Shown one piece after another: positions 18,222 through 25,103 of a stretch of DNA of 64,000 nucleotides (within the stretch, counting starts at the first letter, position 1; the number at the start of each line of letters is the position of its first letter). This DNA is from a virus: IMG/VR virus record IMGVR_UViG_3300045988_010345; one strand, given 5' to 3'. The notes beneath the pieces are model-generated. The model was not told where the DNA came from and searched no databases. It saw nothing but the letters and a program-made list of their open reading frames with translations. A program made the translations under genes and the position numbers.

Positions 18222-18315
18222 ATGACCTTCATGACCAGTATTGTGCTGGGGCTAAGAAGGTATATGGGCATTAAGCCTTGACTTACTTTCGCTCATTCTG
18301 TGTCATGAAGGTCAT
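18222..18315 (-). ncRNA. candidate structured RNA element: 14-bp perfect inverted repeat enclosing a 66-nt G+C-richer loop
   Basis: ATGACCTTCATGAC (18222-18235) is the reverse complement of GTCATGAAGGTCAT (18302-18315). The loop holds an inner GGCTAA/TTAAGCC stem. It is intergenic. Confidence 0.4.
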
Positions 18316-18355
18316 ATTATTCAAGTACTAGGTTAAACGCTTGGCTTTTCTAACT

Positions 18356-18380
18356 ATACCAAATTTCTGGGATTTCCATA
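18356..18380 (-). promoter_or_regulatory. conserved 25-nt intergenic motif, copy 2 (ATACCAAATTTCTGGGATTTCCATA on plus strand)
   Basis: 22 of 25 positions are identical to 16489-16513. It lies just downstream of gene 18399-19157 and upstream of the 18222-18315 hairpin. Confidence 0.45.
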
Positions 18381-18398
18381 ATTATACAATTTAGTATC

Positions 18399-19157
18399 TT
18401 AATCAAACAAGTTTTTTACTCTATTACCAAGAATCTCAACTGCTTTTATCGCATCTTTTTTATCCTTAAAGTATATAACTCCTGCATGTTGTACACTGCA
18501 ATGCTGATATATATCTACACCATTGCAAGTACAAACTACATTATTGCATCTACTACAATTACTAATGAAATATCCTGTATTGCTTATGGTTTTCTTCCAA
18601 GAGCCATTGAAGAACTTAGCAATGACTGCCAAGTCTACAAGTGTATTATACTTCTCTGCTTCATCAACAGGGACATTGGCACAGAAGCATGTATTGCATA
18701 CTTTACTGTTGATGTATTTGAAGTCGAGCTTCAATTCATCCTCAGTATATGCACTCAGTGCTAATGTACGCAATGTACTATCACCACTATTATACCACTT
18801 CATTGCCTGTTCAAGTGTTACCTTAATGTTTCTTTCCTCTTCCATGTTATCTGTTCTTTGTTTGTCAATGTCAAAATCACTTCCTGCTAAGCTGCCATTA
18901 ACTAATCCAGCAGGCTGCTTGATAACTTGTCCATTTACCTTGGTAATATAGATGTCTACTAATGTCATTCCTTGTTGAACTCTATCAGTATCACAAGTAA
19001 CCTCTACTACCATCATCTTACCAGTGTATCTTGGGTCTTCTATTATATCATAGAGATGTATAGTATTATAGTTACACAAGAATTTATACTTCTTGTAAGA
19101 AGACATCTCATTGAGAAATACAGTTTTTTCTGTGAAAATTACAGTTATTGTTCGCAT
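18399..19157 (-). CDS. hypothetical Cys-rich protein (252 aa)
   Basis: ORF track. C-terminal half has CNTCFC and CSRCNNVVCTCNG clusters. Confidence 0.65.
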   Translation of the reverse strand: MRTITVIFTEKTVFLNEMSSYKKYKFLCNYNTIHLYDIIEDPRYTGKMMVVEVTCDTDRVQQGMTLVDIYITKVNGQVIKQPAGLVNGSLAGSDFDIDKQRTDNMEEERNIKVTLEQAMKWYNSGDSTLRTLALSAYTEDELKLDFKYINSKVCNTCFCANVPVDEAEKYNTLVDLAVIAKFFNGSWKKTISNTGYFISNCSRCNNVVCTCNGVDIYQHCSVQHAGVIYFKDKKDAIKAVEILGNRVKNLFD

Positions 19158-19191
19158 GGCTTTTCTCCTATTATTTTTTTTTGTTTAATAG

Positions 19192-19293
19192 TTATTTGTT
19201 TAATTGTTCATTAGTACTTTTGGCATATTCTATCAATAAATATATGAATAGAATGCCAAGAATTTGTGCAAGGATGAATAGTATTATTTCCAT
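19192..19293 (-). CDS. possible 33-aa membrane micro-protein
   Basis: Own translation: MEIILFILAQILGILFIYLLIEYAKSTNEQLNK. The ATG overlaps the stop region of the upstream gene. Confidence 0.3.
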   Translation of the reverse strand: MEIILFILAQILGILFIYLLIEYAKSTNEQLNK

Positions 19294-19517
19294 ATTATAG
19301 TTATTTCCTTTTCAAATCTTGCTACTTCACTTGAAGTAATAGCCATCAAGTTGCCAAACACTTTAACATATGCCTGTTTCTTAATGACTATTTCTTTCTT
19401 TGTTACCATCTTCATGAATACTTCATGATTCTCCTCCAACATATTCATGTGTAGTTTCTTTGAGAGTATATAGTTATCTGAACTACATACTCTTGTTGTC
19501 TTGAATCTTCCTCTCAT
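19284..19517 (-). CDS. hypothetical protein (77 aa)
   Basis: ORF track. Confidence 0.5.
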   Translation of the reverse strand: MRGRFKTTRVCSSDNYILSKKLHMNMLEENHEVFMKMVTKKEIVIKKQAYVKVFGNLMAITSSEVARFEKEITIIWK

Positions 19518-19531
19518 ATTCTTGTATTTTG

Positions 19532-19708
19532 TTATGTGAATAGTGCAATTAAATCATCAAAAGTATATTCAACCTTATTTAAATCCAACGACTTAACAGG
19601 TTGAATAACTTTTGATTCTTCTTCATGGTATTTACTTACAACTATACTAACTTCTTCATCTAATAAAGAGTTATTTATGGCAAATATATATAGTTCTTTT
19701 ATAGTCAT
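19532..19708 (-). CDS. hypothetical acidic protein (58 aa)
   Basis: Own translation: MTIKELYIFAINNSLLDEEVSIVVSKYHEEESKVIQPVKSLDLNKVEYTFDDLIALFT. It fills a gap and is just under the ORF-track cut-off. Confidence 0.45.
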   Translation of the reverse strand: MTIKELYIFAINNSLLDEEVSIVVSKYHEEESKVIQPVKSLDLNKVEYTFDDLIALFT

Positions 19709-19740
19709 AATTTATACCTAGGTTGTGGGTATATTAATTA

Positions 19741-20031
19741 TCAAACTAAGTTTTTGTAATTAATACCATCAAAAGAAAATACATGAGTTTCTTTAGTACT
19801 CACTGTGTAATCTTCTAGATATTTTAATTCTGTCTTTTGTTGATACTCTTTAGGTGTAATAGTATTAAAGACATCCTTAATACTATTTTCATCAAGATAA
19901 CCTTTAAAAGTAAAACAAACTCCTCCTGCATCATCCATATAAATATCATCTAAAGGATATTTATTAGATACTTTAGTCGCCACTTCTCTTAGAAATGGAA
20001 ACTTAATTTTTTGAACATTGCGAAATATCAT
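19741..20031 (-). CDS. hypothetical protein (96 aa)
   Basis: ORF track. Confidence 0.55.
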   Translation of the reverse strand: MIFRNVQKIKFPFLREVATKVSNKYPLDDIYMDDAGGVCFTFKGYLDENSIKDVFNTITPKEYQQKTELKYLEDYTVSTKETHVFSFDGINYKNLV

Positions 20032-20058
20032 ATTTTTATTTTAATATTATATTATTAG

Positions 20059-20131
20059 TGCATCCAGTGAGACTCGAACTCACAACACTTGGTTTAGAAG
20101 ACCAATGCTCTGTCCATTGAGCTATGGATGC
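20059..20131 (-). tRNA. tRNA-Arg(TCT)
   Basis: Acceptor GCATCCA/TGGATGC, D arm GCTC-AATGGAC-AGAGC, anticodon stem TTGGT/ACCAA with loop CTTCTAA, T arm GTGAG-TTCGAGT-CTCAC. Confidence 0.9.
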
Positions 20132-20138
20132 TTTGTTG

Positions 20139-20312
20139 TTACATATCTTGTAAATGTATACTAGACCAACTAATGGCTTTACCATTTATATAAACTCCAC
20201 AGTCAGTTAGTTCTAGAATATCTATGTCATCTTTAGAGATGTTTGTTTTATTCTCTTTGTTATAGCCTTCTATGATAGCTTCTAACAGGGTTTCACTTAA
20301 AAATACTTTCAT
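20139..20312 (-). CDS. hypothetical protein (about 57 aa)
   Basis: The track ORF starts at a TTG inside the tRNA gene. Start moved to the ATG giving MKVFLSETLLEAIIEG. Confidence 0.45.
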   Translation of the reverse strand: MKVFLSETLLEAIIEGYNKENKTNISKDDIDILELTDCGVYINGKAISWSSIHLQDM

Positions 20313-20331
20313 AATCTTGTTAAACTTAAAG

Positions 20332-20405
20332 TGGGTCAATAGGGATTTGAACCCTAAACCTTCACATTATGAGTGTGCTGCTCTAACCACTTGAGCTATA
20401 GACCC
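20332..20405 (-). tRNA. tRNA with CAT anticodon (Met, or Ile2 if lysidinylated)
   Basis: Acceptor GGGTCTA/TTGACCC (one mismatch), D arm GCTC-AAGTGGTT-AGAGC, anticodon stem GCACA/TGTGA with loop CTCATAA, T arm TAGGG-TTCAAAT-CCCTA. Confidence 0.85.
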
Positions 20406-20461
20406 TAAATGCTACTATACTAAGATAGTAGCACTAAACAAATTTAACTATAACACTAAAA

Positions 20462-20701
20462 CTAATCAATATCTTCAATATTAAGTTTCTTAGTAAACCA
20501 GTTGTAACCTGATATAACTTTATACTCATCCTCTGTTATATATGTAAGACAAGCAAGTACCAATAGAATATCTACCATTAAAGTAATCAATGGAAGAAAA
20601 ACATCAATGTTGTAGATAGAATCTATAGCACTTATAGAGAAAATTACTAAAAATGCAGTAGTCCATAATAATAGACCTTTTGCTATTAATCTTGTTTTCA
20701 T
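20462..20701 (-). CDS. membrane protein (79 aa, 2 TM)
   Basis: ORF track. Hydrophobic. Confidence 0.5.
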   Translation of the reverse strand: MKTRLIAKGLLLWTTAFLVIFSISAIDSIYNIDVFLPLITLMVDILLVLACLTYITEDEYKVISGYNWFTKKLNIEDID

Positions 20702-20778
20702 TGTTTAAGCGTTTATATGTTTATTTTGTTTATAGGGAAAGAAAGGGTAAGAAGACTGATGTCTCCTCACTCTAATCT

Positions 20779-21114
20779 TTAGATGTCTGATGGCATAGAA
20801 GGTATCTCACAATAATCTACTATTATTCCTTCATATTTTAAGTCTGAATAATAATTAACTATTACTTCCTCTGATGTACCAAGGTCACTATCATAACTAT
20901 CTTCTATAGACCAGTTATATTCAAATGAAGCCTTAAAGAGTCTCTTCTGTGCATACATTATGCATTCATAGTGAGCACTATTATAATCTGTAGAATACTC
21001 TATTACATCAAGTACTACTGCCTTTATAGGATGCTCTACATTAGGGACAGTTATTTCTATTATCTGTCCTTTCTCTATAGATTGTCCATATGTTATCTCT
21101 TCCATATCTTCCAT
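20779..21114 (-). CDS. hypothetical acidic protein (111 aa)
   Basis: ORF track. Confidence 0.55.
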   Translation of the reverse strand: MEDMEEITYGQSIEKGQIIEITVPNVEHPIKAVVLDVIEYSTDYNSAHYECIMYAQKRLFKASFEYNWSIEDSYDSDLGTSEEVIVNYYSDLKYEGIIVDYCEIPSMPSDI

Positions 21115-21170
21115 AATTCTTTTTTTTTATTTAAAGTAGTGTGGAGTCTTACACCACACTACTAGTTAAT

Positions 21171-21497
21171 TTACCATTCACCTTTCAGGGTAGCAATGAG
21201 TTCTTCTCTCACATAAGCAGGAAGCTCTACACCAAAGGCTTCATCAGTGAACTTACCTAAAGTAAGCACAAAGGTGTTAGTTACCTCATTAATAGTGCCT
21301 ACTGTGAAATCTACACCATAGCCATCCACAGGGATAACTTCTCCTTCTTTAGGTACACCATAGCCATCAAGCTCTACCATATCACCCTGAAAGCAAGCTG
21401 TGCCATTTAATGGGTCATCAAAATGATACATCATAAAGTCTTTCAACTCATCACAGTTGTTAAGATACTCAAGTGTTGGAATGTTATTTTCACACAT
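21171..21497 (-). CDS. hypothetical acidic protein (108 aa)
   Basis: ORF track. Followed by the 10-bp hairpin AGTAGTGTGG/CCACACTACT at 21135-21163. Confidence 0.55.
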   Translation of the reverse strand: MCENNIPTLEYLNNCDELKDFMMYHFDDPLNGTACFQGDMVELDGYGVPKEGEVIPVDGYGVDFTVGTINEVTNTFVLTLGKFTDEAFGVELPAYVREELIATLKGEW

Positions 21498-21622
21498 AAT
21501 AAATATAGTTTATCGGGTTTTACAGTTATGTTAAATAGTTAATCCTCCATGTGTTCTCACTCTGAGTTCTAACCTCAGTACAATAGTTTTATTTCAGTGA
21601 GAAAAGTAGCCATAGTTATTTC

Positions 21623-22048
21623 CTATGCGTACATTGTATGTGTATCTAGCTTTTTTACTTGCTCTCTAAGCCAGTTAGATTTATCTTGATGATTAACTTC
21701 TAAAGAGCAATATTTAAAGAAGTCTTTTATTTCTCTAGCATCTGGACCAAATGTTCTAGCTGTTTCTTGCATCCATTTAATAAGGTTACGAGCACACTTT
21801 TTAATACCTCCATAAGTAATGAAGGATACTTCACTGTGACCATAGCCATTAGGACCTCCTAACTCTGTATATGTAACTTTTATTACAGAGGCTGTGGTTG
21901 TGTCTACAATTTCAAGATTGTGTGAAGAAGAAGCCATTATTTGTTGTATTTCTTCTAAAGAGTCACTATAATCTAGGACACTTCCATTTGTTCTGAGTTG
22001 TATTGCGTATTTCATAATTGTAGTGTTATAGTAAAAATAGTTATACAT
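21623..22048 (-). CDS. hypothetical protein (141 aa; the start may be the internal ATG at MKYAIQL)
   Basis: ORF track. Confidence 0.55.
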   Translation of the reverse strand: MYNYFYYNTTIMKYAIQLRTNGSVLDYSDSLEEIQQIMASSSHNLEIVDTTTASVIKVTYTELGGPNGYGHSEVSFITYGGIKKCARNLIKWMQETARTFGPDAREIKDFFKYCSLEVNHQDKSNWLREQVKKLDTHTMYA

Positions 22049-22121
22049 TATTGGATGATTGTTCTACTATTGTGATTGTAATGAGGTGATAATTATGGGG
22101 TGATGTCATAATGTCACATAT

Positions 22122-22136
22122 CTGACAATATGTCAG
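22122..22136. repeat. inverted repeat CTGACA-ATA-TGTCAG plus two adjacent ATGTCA half-sites (22103-22116)
   Basis: Read directly. The same 13-nt core occurs at 15290-15302. It lies in the 475-nt gap between minus-strand genes. Confidence 0.8.
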
Positions 22137-22523
22137 TCCATTCTATTAACTCTCAGTAAATCAACAAGTTATATTCAATACAAAACAAGGAAGATAGGAT
22201 ATAAAGTGTATTCCACACTCTATTATCCTATCCTTCTTATCCAGTGCATTAAACCTCTAAATACTCTACTTACCTCTCTAATCTTCTTGTCAAGAAGAGA
22301 TGTAAATAGAGCACATTTCATCTCACTCTATACATTAACAAAGTTAAATCCTATTACATATAATATAATGTGTAACATATCTTAGAGTTATACTAAGAGC
22401 ATACTAATGCTTACTCATATAACTTTTACACACAAATACTATTAATGTTCAAAGGATTAAACACTATTAATGACTAAAGGAAATAAAAAGGCAAACAGGC
22501 ATTCCTGCCTGTTGCCCTCCTGC

Positions 22524-22820
22524 TTAGAAGCTTGCCAATGTAGGTGCTCCACCCTGACCTTCCTCATGCAGAAGCCAGAATGTAGAACAGCCTTTTTGTC
22601 CAGCATGTGCAATGTCCAATGTATCTCCTTCAGGACATACTACACTGAACATAGGTTTTACGGGAATGCCTTTGACTGCAACTGCTCCTGCCTTTGCACC
22701 ATAGGTGAAGAAGAGCTTGCCTGTCCTAGGATTTCTCTTTACATCTACTCGTGATACCATCATTTGTGCCTTGAACTGCTCTACTGTCAGAGTGTCTCCG
22801 AATGTTAATTTACCTTCCAT
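22524..22820 (-). CDS. hypothetical protein (98 aa), first gene of the leftward block, visibly G+C-richer than its neighbours
   Basis: ORF track. The opposite-strand Cys-rich ORF 22470-22754 is judged a shadow. Confidence 0.6.
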   Translation of the reverse strand: MEGKLTFGDTLTVEQFKAQMMVSRVDVKRNPRTGKLFFTYGAKAGAVAVKGIPVKPMFSVVCPEGDTLDIAHAGQKGCSTFWLLHEEGQGGAPTLASF

Positions 22821-22993
22821 AAGTCTGAAATGTTAAATGGTTAATAATGTTAATTTTTTGACCTACGGGGTAGGACCCCCATAGGCTGAGTGATGGGGAG
22901 GGTGGGGTTGGTGTAAGTACCACTCCTAAAAATACAATAGAAAAAAAATTAAAAAAAATTATTTTTTATGCAATAAATTTTTTATTTATATAT

Positions 22994-23024
22994 TTGCACA
23001 TATCAAAACTTTTACCTACCTTTG
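22994..23024 (+). promoter_or_regulatory. Bacteroides-type promoter (-33 TTTG at 22994, -7 TACCTTTG at 23017-23024)
   Basis: Matches the TTTG / TAnnTTTG consensus with 23-24 nt between the starts of the two elements. Followed by about 290 nt with no long ORF before 23322. Confidence 0.6.
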
Positions 23025-23321
23025 CATCCCAGTAGAGGTTAATGGTGGATTAACCTTTCACCCATGAGGTTAAAAAGTAATGGGTCAGAAGTTGGGTTAG
23101 TACTCTCACACTTACATAGAGAGGAGGTTGTCCCCAATACTACTAAAATTGCTACTATATAAGTTAGATTGCATGAGCTATCCACCTGAGAAAAGGCACA
23201 GGGAATCATGCTATAGGGGTATAATCAAGAACTGGTCTAATGAAGTTAGTAGTTAAAAGGAGATTAGAAATAACTCTTATGAAGCCATAACAAAGCTTCA
23301 GGGACATTACTATATACAAGA

Positions 23322-23723
23322 ATGAAGAAGATTAGTAATTACATTAAGGATTCTATTAAGTGGTTATGGCAGTTTCCACAGAATATGCTTGCTCTATGTA
23401 TAGAGGGTATATTGTGTCAAGCTGCATACAGAGTAGGTAAAGCAGATGGCAATATTATTATAATGAATATTGTTCTACCCTCAGCTATGTCATTAGGAGA
23501 TTATCTCTTTGTGAGTCCTATGTCATCACAAAAGTCTATTCAACATGAATGTGGTCATAGTAAGCAATCTGATATATTAGGTCCACTATATTTGATAGTA
23601 ATAGGAATCCCATCATTACTACATAATATAATACATTATCTATGTAGTAAGATAGGAATTAAGTGGAACTACTACAGTTTTTATACTGAATCTTGGGCTA
23701 ACAAGTTAGTAGGAATTACTTAA
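23322..23723 (+). CDS. small membrane protein with HExxH motif (putative zinc metallopeptidase-like)
   Basis: 133 aa. Hydrophobic segments flank IQHECGHSKQS (HExxH). Confidence 0.5.
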   Translation: MKKISNYIKDSIKWLWQFPQNMLALCIEGILCQAAYRVGKADGNIIIMNIVLPSAMSLGDYLFVSPMSSQKSIQHECGHSKQSDILGPLYLIVIGIPSLLHNIIHYLCSKIGIKWNYYSFYTESWANKLVGIT

Positions 23724-23813
23724 AAGAATATAGATAAGACCTAAAATCAAATCACAACTTTACTCCTTCAAGACAAGGAAATGATACTTGAATTGAAAAT
23801 AATTGAGAAAAAG

Positions 23814-23845
23814 TTTGGTGGTTTCAAATATTTTGCTTACCTTTG
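23814..23845 (+). promoter_or_regulatory. Bacteroides-type promoter upstream of the tRNA array (-33 TTTG 23814, -7 TACCTTTG 23838-23845)
   Basis: Consensus match, 24-nt spacing between element starts. Confidence 0.6.
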
Positions 23846-23892
23846 CAAAGCAATTAAGAAGAGAGATTGGTTTTAGGAAATTTCCATTGTTA

Positions 23893-23937
23893 GGAATGTT
23901 ACTTTAACCAGTTGTTTAGAGTAACATTCCTTTTTTA
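23893..23937 (+). terminator. intrinsic terminator-like hairpin between the promoter and the first tRNA
   Basis: GGAATGTTACT (23893-23903) pairs perfectly with AGTAACATTCC (23920-23930), followed by TTTTTT. tRNA-Gln starts at 23939. Confidence 0.65.
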
Positions 23938-23938
23938 T

Positions 23939-24011
23939 TGCCCCATAGTATAGTTGGTTATTACACGGGATTTTGGCTCCTGTAACATAAGTTCGAGTCT
24001 TATTGGGGTAA
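23939..24011 (+). tRNA. tRNA-Gln(TTG)
   Basis: Acceptor TGCCCCA/TGGGGTA, anticodon stem CGGGA/TCCTG with loop TTTTGGC, T arm ATAAG-TTCGAGT-CTTAT. Confidence 0.8.
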
Positions 24012-24026
24012 CGATAGTAAGGTAAT

Positions 24027-24098
24027 GCCCTCTTAGTTCAATGGACAGAATAAGAGACTTCTAATCTTTTGATATAGGTTCGATTCCTATAGGGGGTA
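24027..24098 (+). tRNA. tRNA-Arg(TCT)
   Basis: Acceptor GCCCTCT/AGGGGGT, anticodon stem AGAGA/TCTTT with loop CTTCTAA, T arm ATAGG-TTCGATT-CCTAT. Confidence 0.8.
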
Positions 24099-24104
24099 CT
24101 GAAT

Positions 24105-24178
24105 GTTGGGTTAGACGAAGTGGTGAAGTCACCACACTTTCAATGTGGAGATTATGGGTTCAAATCCCATACCCAATA
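24105..24178 (+). tRNA. tRNA-Glu(TTC)
   Basis: Acceptor GTTGGGT/ACCCAAT, anticodon stem CCACA/TGTGG with loop CTTTCAA, T arm ATGGG-TTCAAAT-CCCAT. Confidence 0.85.
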
Positions 24179-24184
24179 CAATAT

Positions 24185-24256
24185 AGAGCTATCTACTAAT
24201 GGATAGGTAACTGCCTTCTCAAGGCAGAAATTTGGGTTCAATTCCCAATAGCTCTA
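24185..24256 (+). tRNA. tRNA-Glu(CTC)
   Basis: Acceptor AGAGCTA/TAGCTCT, anticodon stem CTGCC/GGCAG with loop TTCTCAA, T arm TTGGG-TTCAATT-CCCAA. Confidence 0.85.
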
Positions 24257-24262
24257 CTATTT

Positions 24263-24335
24263 AGGGTGTGTAGCATAGTGGTTAATGTGCCTGACTGTCA
24301 ATCAGGAGATTGGAGTTCAATTCTCCCACATCCTG
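24263..24335 (+). tRNA. tRNA-Asp(GTC)
   Basis: Anticodon stem CCTGA/TCAGG with loop CTGTCAA, T-loop TTCAATT. The acceptor register is ambiguous by 1 nt (AGGGTGT/ACATCCT or GGGTGTG/CACATCC). Confidence 0.75.
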
Positions 24336-24388
24336 CTAATCCACTTTTAATCTACTGAAGTCCTATCCTACAGAGGTAGGTAGGCAAT

Positions 24389-24473
24389 GGAGAGGTAACT
24401 CAGTGGGACTGGGACTTGTCTTGAAAACAATGGGAGCAGTAAAATGCTTGGGGGTCGGGACCTCACCTCTCCA
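24389..24473 (+). tRNA. tRNA-Ser(TGA), class II, with irregular D arm and non-canonical T-loop
   Basis: Acceptor GGAGAGG/CCTCTCC, anticodon loop CTTGAAA on a TTGT/ACAA stem, long variable arm AGCA-GTAAAA-TGCT. T arm TGGGG-GTCGGGA-CCTCA replaces the usual TTCRANY loop. Confidence 0.65.
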
Positions 24474-24511
24474 CAATAATAGGTGTTCTTTGACATATGG
24501 TGAAGGAAAAT

Positions 24512-24597
24512 GGAGAGTAAACTATCAAGGTGATAGTCCTATCTGCTAAATAGTGAGTACCCTAATAAGGTATTTGTTTCGAGTACAATGCTCTCCG
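24512..24597 (+). tRNA. tRNA-Ser(GCT), class II
   Basis: Acceptor GGAGAGT/GCTCTCC, D arm ACTA-TCAAGGTGA-TAGT, anticodon loop CTGCTAA, variable arm TACC-CTAATAA-GGTA, T-loop TTCGAGT. Confidence 0.8.
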
Positions 24598-24603
24598 CAA
24601 TAT

Positions 24604-24676
24604 ATGGGTGTAATTCAGTAGGTAGAATGCTGGCTTTGGGAGCCAGTTGTCCTTGGTTCGAGTCCAAGTACCCATA
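24604..24676 (+). tRNA. tRNA-Pro(TGG)
   Basis: Acceptor ATGGGTG/TACCCAT, D arm ATTC-AGTAGGTA-GAAT, anticodon stem CTGGC/GCCAG with loop TTTGGGA, T arm CTTGG-TTCGAGT-CCAAG. Confidence 0.85.
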
Positions 24677-24681
24677 CTAAT

Positions 24682-24755
24682 GGGCTTTGTAGTGTAATCA
24701 GGTTAGCACAAGACATTTGCAATGTTTTAGAGGAGTTCAAATCTCACAAGGTCCA
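24682..24755 (+). tRNA. tRNA-Ala(TGC), with weak T stem
   Basis: Acceptor GGGCTTT/AAGGTCC includes a G3:U70 pair, the Ala identity element. Anticodon stem AGACA/TGTTT with loop TTTGCAA. T-loop TTCAAAT, but only 3 clean T-stem pairs. Confidence 0.6.
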
Positions 24756-24841
24756 CACTATGTTTTCATGTTTTCATAATGTTGAGCTTTTGCTTGAACC
24801 CTCTTTTGGGCAGTTAGAGGTTAAAGAAACTGCCCTATCAA

Positions 24842-24915
24842 TGCTCCTTAGTTCAGTGGTTTAGAACAGCTCTCTTACAAAGAGAAGGTCATTAGTTCAA
24901 TTCTAATAGGAGCAA
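24842..24915 (+). tRNA. tRNA-Val(TAC)
   Basis: Acceptor TGCTCCT/AGGAGCA, D arm GTTC-AGTGGTTT-AGAAC, anticodon loop CTTACAA, T arm ATTAG-TTCAATT-CTAAT. Confidence 0.85.
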
Positions 24916-24922
24916 CATAAAT

Positions 24923-24994
24923 GGGTCTTTAGTTCAAAGGTTAGAACAAAGGGCTGTTAACCCTTAGATGTAAGTTCGAGTCTTACAGGTCCCG
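24923..24994 (+). tRNA. tRNA-Asn(GTT)
   Basis: Acceptor GGGTCTT/AGGTCCC (one mismatch), anticodon stem AAGGG/CCCTT with loop CTGTTAA, T arm GTAAG-TTCGAGT-CTTAC. Confidence 0.8.
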
Positions 24995-25103
24995 CAAAAA
25001 CTTTTGCAAGAAGTTTAGTTAAGTAGCTTGCAATACTTGATGCCATCATTTCTGAAAAGTCTCTGAGTGCAATAAGGAGAAGTAATCAATGATTTGATGT
25101 TTT

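Noticed and set aside
22470-22754. A 94-aa Cys-rich plus-strand ORF opposite 22524-22820.
   Set aside because: Its composition (many Cys, Ser and Leu) is typical of an antisense shadow. The minus-strand ORF has a normal composition and continues the leftward gene block.
23064-23162. A 32-codon ORF (MRLKSNGSEVGLVLSHLHREEVVPNTTKIATI) in the leader downstream of the 23017 promoter.
   Set aside because: It has no ribosome-binding context or compositional support, and it overlaps predicted hairpins. The region is treated as untranslated structured RNA instead.
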